Shown here piece after piece: positions 57,389 through 64,000 of a stretch of 64,000 nucleotides of DNA. Each line of letters begins with the position of its first letter. Within the stretch, counting starts at the first letter, position 1. The stretch is from a virus, in IMG/VR virus record IMGVR_UViG_3300037245_002806, positions 1-64,000 of that record. One strand, given 5' to 3'. The notes beneath the pieces are model-generated. The model saw nothing but the letters and a program-made list of their open reading frames with translations, made no database searches and was not told the DNA's origin. The translations under genes were made by a program, and so were the position numbers.

Positions 57389-59344
57389 CTAACTTGTAAC
57401 GATCCCGTGTGGGCTTTCTACTATGTCAAGATTGGTCGTCTGTATATCTGCCGTTCGTTTCTTTAGGCTCGTTTCTGGTTTCGTAACCTTGGCATGTAAA
57501 ACCACATTCCCTTGGTCGTCGGGAACAAAGATAACCCCCCGGCCCCCGAATTCCGAACGGTACCAAAACTCCTCGCTCCAACGTTGTTGCTGTTCGTCGG
57601 TTTGTCGGAATCTGAGCCGGTACCCTCTGCGCCGCAATTTCTCTTTCTTTACGTTCCATCTTTCTGCCACGAAGGCCGTTTCCAACTGCTGTTGGCTGAA
57701 CGCCTCGATTATTTCCACCTCTTGCTGTATTGGGTTTCGGAGAAGCGCCAGGGGATCCCCTACCGCCCATTGCCCCACCGAAACCGACTCAACCGGGTTG
57801 GTCCCTTGGAACCGAATCCGATAAAACCGCTGGTATTCCCCTGCAAAGGAAATAAAACTAGCTTGGCTCTCGGCTGGAAACTCGTCCCCCGCGATCCCGG
57901 TGGTCGGTGTGCCGTTGACCGTAAAGGTGATCCCGCCGCTGGCCGCAACCGCGTAGGCTGCCGGCGTCGAGCCAAAAAGATAAAGGGTTGCATCCGACCC
58001 GGCCACCAACTCGCCTCGATCCCCTAGCTGCACCCAATTGCCAGATCCGTTGATAAAAAGTCGCCGGTTGGCCGTTGTCGAGATATTGATCTGGATCCCT
58101 TGGTAAAGCCAAAGGTGCCCGTGCTCCCCTTCCCACCCGTTCGCCGGTCCGCCGGTATCGCCAACCGTCCACCCCGATCGCGTAAAGTCGATGAGGCCGT
58201 TTACGATACTCCCGCTCATGCTCTCCAAGCTGTCGTCGATATAAACCTGCAACGTCGCTGTGGAAACGTCCGCCGATATGATCGCGTTGTGCCAAACATC
58301 GTCGGCCAAAAAGGTCGTGGTGGAGGTGTGATCGAGCAACGTAGTTGAGGCTGCGTTTTGCGCGAAAATGTGTAACTGGTTCGAAGCGTTTATCTCGATA
58401 AGGAAAAAGCCGCCCGAATTCCGGATAATGGTCCTCGCCTGGCCGGCCCGCCCGGTGCACTGGAACCACACCGAAAGAGTAAACTTTGCCGAATCCACCG
58501 ACCCGTTTGGATCGCTGCCCACGCTGAGATAATCGCCGGAACTGGCAAAGCGTATGCTGTGATCCACCGGCGCCGTGGCCCCCAAGCTGTAATCCGACCG
58601 CGCGAGAATAACCCGCACCGCCGGCGCAACGTTGTGGCTGTGGAAGCTCGAAAGGGTTTGCCGTGGCAGGATAAACAAGTCATCCACCCAAAAGGTACGG
58701 TTGGCCACCGCGGAATCCATGTGGATCCTAACCTGCAAAGTGCTCGTGTCGGCTTGCCCGATAACGTAGCTCTCGACCGAAAACAAAAGCTCTGTTTTCC
58801 CCAAGGTCGTTATAACGCTTTCGACCGCGTTTACCTTTCGCCTTGTCCATGCCCCAAGCGCGTCGAGATAATCGCCCGTCCGCTTGTTGTAAACCTCGAT
58901 GGTCACCGGGCTGTCCGCGTTGCTGGTCTCGGAGTAAACCGACAATTTGAGCAACCGCCCGGTCTGCACGTCGATATCTTGTTGGACTTCGACATTGCCG
59001 TTGGCCCCGTTGGCCATTTCGGCGCTCGACCCCGATACCACCGGGGTGGAAACCTCTTGCGTGATCGCGCCGGTACCGGTAAGGGTGGTTGTAAAATTGC
59101 CCGGAAGCCCGCCGGACCACGAATCGAAAGAGCCCCCCAGGATAAGGTTGACATCCACTTGGATCCAGTCGTCCTCTTGGGAAGCCGGGAAGATAAACCG
59201 CTGGCTTGGCCTATCATCTGCAAGGCGAGAAAGGGGGAATATTGCATCCGGCGTTTGGCTGGCCGTTAGAGAGGAAACCTTGCTTTCTAGGACGTTGGAC
59301 CCCTTGCCGGCCAAAACAAGGGCTTGGTGCACGTCTGTGCTCAT
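57389..59344 (-). CDS. Tail-associated protein with carbohydrate-binding and LamG/ConA-like domains
   Basis: NLILGGSFDSW CBM-like start; FTLSVWF...WHNAIIS...QVYIDD LamG-like strands. Confidence 0.65.
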   Translation of the reverse strand: MSTDVHQALVLAGKGSNVLESKVSSLTASQTPDAIFPLSRLADDRPSQRFIFPASQEDDWIQVDVNLILGGSFDSWSGGLPGNFTTTLTGTGAITQEVSTPVVSGSSAEMANGANGNVEVQQDIDVQTGRLLKLSVYSETSNADSPVTIEVYNKRTGDYLDALGAWTRRKVNAVESVITTLGKTELLFSVESYVIGQADTSTLQVRIHMDSAVANRTFWVDDLFILPRQTLSSFHSHNVAPAVRVILARSDYSLGATAPVDHSIRFASSGDYLSVGSDPNGSVDSAKFTLSVWFQCTGRAGQARTIIRNSGGFFLIEINASNQLHIFAQNAASTTLLDHTSTTTFLADDVWHNAIISADVSTATLQVYIDDSLESMSGSIVNGLIDFTRSGWTVGDTGGPANGWEGEHGHLWLYQGIQINISTTANRRLFINGSGNWVQLGDRGELVAGSDATLYLFGSTPAAYAVAASGGITFTVNGTPTTGIAGDEFPAESQASFISFAGEYQRFYRIRFQGTNPVESVSVGQWAVGDPLALLRNPIQQEVEIIEAFSQQQLETAFVAERWNVKKEKLRRRGYRLRFRQTDEQQQRWSEEFWYRSEFGGRGVIFVPDDQGNVVLHAKVTKPETSLKKRTADIQTTNLDIVESPHGIVTS

Positions 59345-62300
59345 GTGAAGAGCCTCCTAATTGCCGTCTGTGGTAAAGCAAACTGTTTGATCTCTAATTT
59401 CCGTACCCATGCGTCTATCATCTCACCATCGGTACCGTCTTTGCTACCGAGATAAAGTAAGCTCTGGGTGGGAAGTGGGAATTTCTGCCCGACCACCGTG
59501 GTGGTACCTTGCTCGCCGCCCACGAATATTGAGATAGAAAACGGGGTTTCGTCCAAGTCGCCCTCGGAACTAATCCACCTCGTAGCCACTTGCACCGGCT
59601 GCCCCGCCATTATGTGCGGCCAATATTTTTCGCAAGAAAACGTTGTGCCCGCTACCCGGCGCTCGTAAACGAACTTCTCATTGTCGCAATCGTAGTAGCA
59701 AACATCCCAATTAAAGGAATCCACCACCACCCCGTAAACGTACCGCCTCGACCCCGCCCGGCGTGGTAGCTGCGCGGTGTTCCATATCGTTTCCAACTCC
59801 ACCCCGAAGGTGCCCCGGCCCTCGGCTGGATATGTTGGCCGGTCCCGGTTGTTTTCGAGAAAGAAGGCGAGCCCATCCCGAACCACCGGCCCCGTCCGGG
59901 TAAGGATAAAATTGCTCATGTACCGTTGGTCGCGCCCATCGGCGATCCGGCCCCCTTCCACTTGTACCCCATAGATCCGGTTTTGGTGGCCGACGGTGGT
60001 TTGCACCCCTAGATTTAGGTTTAGGGTCTGGTCGTCCTGCACCGGGCTTGAAGCGGAATCCTCGGCGTTTTGGAGCGTAAATTTAAATTGGTCCTTGGTA
60101 ACCTCGCTCCGCACCGGTAAAGGATGCCATTGCGTATCGCCCGCGTTGGTGCAATTGCCCCAGACGTCCCACCCGTAGGCGCCGAAAGCCGGTGGATCGA
60201 ACCAAAGATTTATATAAAGCGGTGTCCCGCTCGGATCTTTGTGGATCACCGATACCGCATAGTCGCTCCCCTGCGGCGAAAAAGGTGCATCCCCCTTCTC
60301 AAAGGCCATCGTGGTGTTTATAAAAGTACGGTTGGCCGGTACCGTTGGCGTGGTGAGCACCACCGTTCGCGGCCTCGTCCCCTGTAGATCTTCCTCCCAT
60401 ATATCATCGTCGAGATCTTCCGCAATCGCCCCGCCGGCGCCGATGTTTTGTGCCCACCCGGTAAAAACGTCTGTGGCCCCCTCGGAAAACGCCGAATTGA
60501 CCACCCGGTTGGTCGTTCCGTTTATTACCAGGATCCCCTTGATCCCCGTCGGTGGCTCCCCGCCGTTTAGCTCTTGGAACTGCCCCGCAAAATCGTCCCG
60601 TAGATAGTCGTTTGTGGTGCGGACGAAGTTGAGGGAAACCCCCGGCGTAAGCACGGCCATCCCCGTTGCGCTGGCCCCCTTGGCTCGGGTGGAGCCCGTG
60701 ATCCAAAGGGTTGTAAGAAACTCCCGCACATCTAAGAAGGTCGTTTCCACCTGGTCGGTCATCATGTTTACTTTTTTGCGGAAAAGCCGCATGAGAGACC
60801 GATCCCACCGTTCGAACCCCAAGGTTGCCGATAATCTTGGGATCGCGTTGTGGATGCAACCCACATCGTCGAGCATCCGAACGTCGCCGAAAGCCGGTGG
60901 CAGGCTGAGCTTTAAAAACGGCTGTGGCTTCCGGAGTAACCGGAGCTTTCGAGAAACGATATCCCGCGCCGCGTCGATTTTCTCGGGGATTAAGTCTAGA
61001 TCGATTTCGAGAACTAGATTCGAGATCTGCTTGTAATAAAACTTGTTTTCCCCCATCGCCTCCCAGATCACCACCAAAACGTTAACCTCTGCCCGCGTCC
61101 ACGCGAGACCGGTAAACGGGCTCAAAGATCTAGCAAAAGGCTTGTCCTCGAAAAGCTCGTTTAACTGCACCGATTCGGAAACGTCGGTACCGCCGTCGGT
61201 GCCAAGTCGCCAGGTAACCCGCCACCCCGCCGAAGAAAATTGCTCGGCCCTTGCCCGGCAGATCGCCGTCACGCTCGTTATTTGGGAAACCTCGGGAATG
61301 CCTGCAAAATCCACGCCAAACTTCTTGTTTCCGCTGTGCTGACTCTCCATATATTTCGAGTCGTCTGGCGAGTCGGTTGGATCGTCGATTGTAAGATGGT
61401 AATACAATTCCCCACCGTTGGGCTTGCGTCGATACTCGCACTTGGCGAAAAGCTGAGAGATGCGGGTTTGCCCAATATTGTTTTCGTTGTCGATTCCAAC
61501 CGTTGCCGCGTTTACATTCGCAACGGTGATCTCGGCTGCCGACGAATTGATAGTGCGAAAAAGCGCGAGATCTGTAAAATTGCCAAAGCCGATGTCGAGC
61601 CCCGGATAATCGCCGTTGGTGCCGCACCCGGCAGGATCGTCGCCCGGCCCCACGTGGGTTCGAGCGGTAGAAAGTATGCCCGTTAGCCGAATTATGGTGC
61701 GAAACCCGCCATCGTTGCTTTGCGCGGGCGGCCCATCCATTAGGCTCAAATAATCGGCGGAATTCGCCCTCGGTGGCGTGCCGATGCCGCAAGGCGTGTC
61801 CCCGGCTTGCGCCCCCAAAGGATCCCCTTGGTTTAGCATGGTGTGCCGCCCATGCCCCGCAAAAGAGATCACGCTGATAGCTTCCGCCGGCAGGTTGTCC
61901 ACATGCGCCTCTGTCCGGTCGGTGCTCTGGTTCATTAGCAAACATTGCGTGTTATCGTCGCTCGGCGTCGAAAACGTGTCCTTTGTTACCACCTCGTGCG
62001 CCCGATCTTGGTTCGCTATCACCGCCCCATCTATACTCGGGTGGAAGAAACCTTGCTGGAAAGCAACGAAAAGCCGAATAAAGCCCCACCGCTTATCCTT
62101 TGCTGGCGTCTCCCCCAGGAAGTTAACCCCTAGCTCTAAGGTTTCCAGATCCGCCAGAGTAAAAGGGTTCCCTGTTTTCGGGTTGATCGAAAGGGTAACC
62201 GGAGTGAGCGTGCCGTAATTCGTCGCGTTGCTGTGCCCGATAACCCAATCCGAATCGCCAGATCCGAACCGCATCAGTAAATCTAAACCCGCGGTGGTAC

Positions 62301-63081
62301 CCGCTTCGTTCCCGACGAAATAATGGATCGTAAGGGCCGAAACTGAGAGGATTTGCCAAGGCGCCAAAGAAGGGTAAGAAACGTATGCCCGTTGATCACT
62401 CGTCGAGGTTGCGCCTGCATAGGAACCGTTTGGGGTATCGCCCGCAACGTTGGGATCCCCGGCCAAAACGCCCCCCAATATAGTGCCGCTCGACCCGACG
62501 ATCTCGTAAATCGTATCCGCACATGCCGGCCCCACAATAAGCGTATCATCGGACATTGGAGCCCCGCCGCCGGCTGCATCGAACCCGGTACCCACCACGC
62601 TTGTGATCGATTTTACTTTGAAAGAGGTGTAGTGCGGCCCCTTGCCAACCGACCCTAATTGCCAAGCATCCACCCGCCCGTTGTCGCCGTCATCGGTATA
62701 AGTGATCGTGATCGTACCGTCGCCACCACCGCCAATGATCGAGTCGTTATTGTCTACAAAAAGCGCCGCGTAAAACTCCGGAAAGTTGGGAACCTCCCCG
62801 CCCCTGAGGGTAAAAGTCTTATTGCCTAACCGCTCCCCTAGTAGCTGGCGCTCCCCGACCCCCGCCGCGGAAACCGCCGGCAGAGAATTCGGTCTGTGCC
62901 CGCGGTTGCGGACCCGAACGATCCCGCCGTCTTCGAGTGTATCGGCATTCGGCCCGATGGTATCGCTTGCCGGGTATCCGGTGCTCGTCCATCCCGCCGA
63001 CATACTTGTTGGCTGTAGGTGGATCCAGTTTTCGTTCTCAAAAACTCTAGTGCTGCGCGGTTTTAATCGTAAAATAGTCAT
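59341..63081 (-). CDS. Large multidomain tail/host-recognition protein (1246 aa)
   Basis: G/T/S-rich beta domains, repeated NP.TG.(P/A)(F/W)T.A motif, TNRVVNSAF CBM-like and C-terminal LamG-like segments. Confidence 0.65.
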   Translation of the reverse strand: MTILRLKPRSTRVFENENWIHLQPTSMSAGWTSTGYPASDTIGPNADTLEDGGIVRVRNRGHRPNSLPAVSAAGVGERQLLGERLGNKTFTLRGGEVPNFPEFYAALFVDNNDSIIGGGGDGTITITYTDDGDNGRVDAWQLGSVGKGPHYTSFKVKSITSVVGTGFDAAGGGAPMSDDTLIVGPACADTIYEIVGSSGTILGGVLAGDPNVAGDTPNGSYAGATSTSDQRAYVSYPSLAPWQILSVSALTIHYFVGNEAGTTAGLDLLMRFGSGDSDWVIGHSNATNYGTLTPVTLSINPKTGNPFTLADLETLELGVNFLGETPAKDKRWGFIRLFVAFQQGFFHPSIDGAVIANQDRAHEVVTKDTFSTPSDDNTQCLLMNQSTDRTEAHVDNLPAEAISVISFAGHGRHTMLNQGDPLGAQAGDTPCGIGTPPRANSADYLSLMDGPPAQSNDGGFRTIIRLTGILSTARTHVGPGDDPAGCGTNGDYPGLDIGFGNFTDLALFRTINSSAAEITVANVNAATVGIDNENNIGQTRISQLFAKCEYRRKPNGGELYYHLTIDDPTDSPDDSKYMESQHSGNKKFGVDFAGIPEVSQITSVTAICRARAEQFSSAGWRVTWRLGTDGGTDVSESVQLNELFEDKPFARSLSPFTGLAWTRAEVNVLVVIWEAMGENKFYYKQISNLVLEIDLDLIPEKIDAARDIVSRKLRLLRKPQPFLKLSLPPAFGDVRMLDDVGCIHNAIPRLSATLGFERWDRSLMRLFRKKVNMMTDQVETTFLDVREFLTTLWITGSTRAKGASATGMAVLTPGVSLNFVRTTNDYLRDDFAGQFQELNGGEPPTGIKGILVINGTTNRVVNSAFSEGATDVFTGWAQNIGAGGAIAEDLDDDIWEEDLQGTRPRTVVLTTPTVPANRTFINTTMAFEKGDAPFSPQGSDYAVSVIHKDPSGTPLYINLWFDPPAFGAYGWDVWGNCTNAGDTQWHPLPVRSEVTKDQFKFTLQNAEDSASSPVQDDQTLNLNLGVQTTVGHQNRIYGVQVEGGRIADGRDQRYMSNFILTRTGPVVRDGLAFFLENNRDRPTYPAEGRGTFGVELETIWNTAQLPRRAGSRRYVYGVVVDSFNWDVCYYDCDNEKFVYERRVAGTTFSCEKYWPHIMAGQPVQVATRWISSEGDLDETPFSISIFVGGEQGTTTVVGQKFPLPTQSLLYLGSKDGTDGEMIDAWVRKLEIKQFALPQTAIRRLFT

Positions 63082-64000
63082 TCGATAAACTGTGGCAGGC
63101 TACTCGGAAGCCAAAAGGCTTGCAGGTTTTCCGCCGCTCCGTCTTCGATTTCGATGTCTTCCACATCCACGTTGGCAAGGAACTGATTTTCCGCCTCTTG
63201 CCGAAGATACGCTATCGAGATTTTATTTAGGATCTTTCTGCCATCCTCCTTATATTTCGGATCTGTTAGGTCGTGCAATCCCTCTTCTATAACGTGGGTG
63301 GTCGGATAAACGTCGATCGTCGCATGGTCGTTTACCCCGATGGAAACCAACCCCAGGTTGTCGAACCACACCTTTATCTCAAGGTTTTTCGAGAAACGGT
63401 TGATCTCTTGCAGAATCCCCGATGCCGCCGTTTTTCCCCCGATATACCTGGAGCCGGCTTGCCCGGTCCTATTGAAAAAGTCCCGAGCCTCGGTAAACCG
63501 CACCGTGTTTACCGGAAGCCCCGTTGTGGCCTTCCAATTGCCGCTGGCGTACTCGCTAAAAACGAAGTTAACGAACCAATGTAGGAACTGCAAAGCCGGG
63601 TTTGTAAGCAAAAGCCCGGTACCGTCGCCGGTCTCTTCGTACCCCTTCAGATCGGCCCGAATTTCCTTTTCCTTGTTGGCCGCCGCGCCGGCCCCAACCA
63701 ATTGCGCCCCGCTGTATTGCCGCCCGTTCTTTATTGGGTACCACTCCACCCAATCGGTTGTCGGGGTGAGTAGGGCAACCGTCGGGGGATCTCCGCTCTC
63801 GTATGTATAAAGGTTGGTGTGCTCTTTGATCCGCCCGTAGGAAGAAACGAAAGCGGCATCGGCCACCCGGAATAGCTTGACCATGCCGTCGTTATTTAGC
63901 TCTTGGCTACTGTGGACCCCATAAATCTGCGGTACATAAATGTCGTAGATTTTAGGATCCGGCGCCGCGGGAAAGTCGGGCTCGGTAAACTTGGGCTGTA
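63078..64000 (-). CDS. Tail protein (5' end beyond the window)
   Basis: Frame stays open upstream of the annotated Met to the window edge; LTNPA...WFDNLG...LNKISIAY. Confidence 0.6.
   Translation of the reverse strand, partial: QPKFTEPDFPAAPDPKIYDIYVPQIYGVHSSQELNNDGMVKLFRVADAAFVSSYGRIKEHTNLYTYESGDPPTVALLTPTTDWVEWYPIKNGRQYSGAQLVGAGAAANKEKEIRADLKGYEETGDGTGLLLTNPALQFLHWFVNFVFSEYASGNWKATTGLPVNTVRFTEARDFFNRTGQAGSRYIGGKTAASGILQEINRFSKNLEIKVWFDNLGLVSIGVNDHATIDVYPTTHVIEEGLHDLTDPKYKEDGRKILNKISIAYLRQEAENQFLANVDVEDIEIEDGAAENLQAFWLPSSLPQFIE

Larger units (their letters stand above)
1..64000. mobile_element. Tailed dsDNA bacteriophage genome segment (Caudoviricetes-like)
   Basis: Dense co-oriented small ORFs; YqaJ/RecT, primase-helicase, GH108 endolysin, tail-like proteins, terS-like gene; no host housekeeping genes seen. 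Confidence 0.95.

Noticed and set aside
1-64000. tRNA/rRNA genes, integrase, reverse transcriptase/DGR, inteins, stop-codon recoding
   Set aside because: No cloverleaf, recombinase, RT or intein motifs recognised by eye, and genes tile well in the standard code. tRNAscan-SE and HMM searches would be needed to exclude them fully.

Overview
This window is a 64-kb internal segment of a GC-rich tailed dsDNA phage (Caudoviricetes-like) genome read with the standard genetic code. I saw no integrase, host housekeeping genes, rRNA, tRNA or CRISPR-Cas. Most genes are on the minus strand. From right to left: (i) 47.9-64 kb holds tail/virion genes, a lysis cassette (GH108 endolysin, holin-like peptides), a tandem glycoside hydrolase, a GT2 glycosyltransferase and a propeller-plus-23-aa-repeat stalk protein. 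(ii) 32.8-48 kb is an early/accessory region of tiny genes transcribed outward from a non-coding centre at ~38.9-39.7 kb. It uses about 12 related sigma70-type promoters whose predicted +1 falls on an ATG (leaderless), and it includes SprT-like, HD/alarmone-hydrolase-like, MTase and HNH genes. (iii) 16-31 kb covers recombination and replication: YqaJ/RecT, Dam-like MTase, a DUF1376 initiator with internal iteron-like repeats, a G39P-like loader, a primase-helicase and nucleases. (iv) 0-16 kb holds accessory genes: a Cys-repeat lipoprotein, a PLA2-like protein, a Maf/DUF115-like transferase, a terS-like gene, MazG with Zn-finger repeats, a ParB-like protein and DUF5131. The most unusual signals are at the DNA/RNA level: a polar motif (minus-strand GGGNRRTGATATAGA) found 9 times in one orientation, the leaderless promoter-cassette array, a two-motif non-coding repeat array at 45.07-45.42 kb, a pseudoknot-like RNA candidate beside an HNH gene, and a second copy of the origin-like repeats 14 kb from the initiator. 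All family calls come from motif recognition by eye, not database searches.
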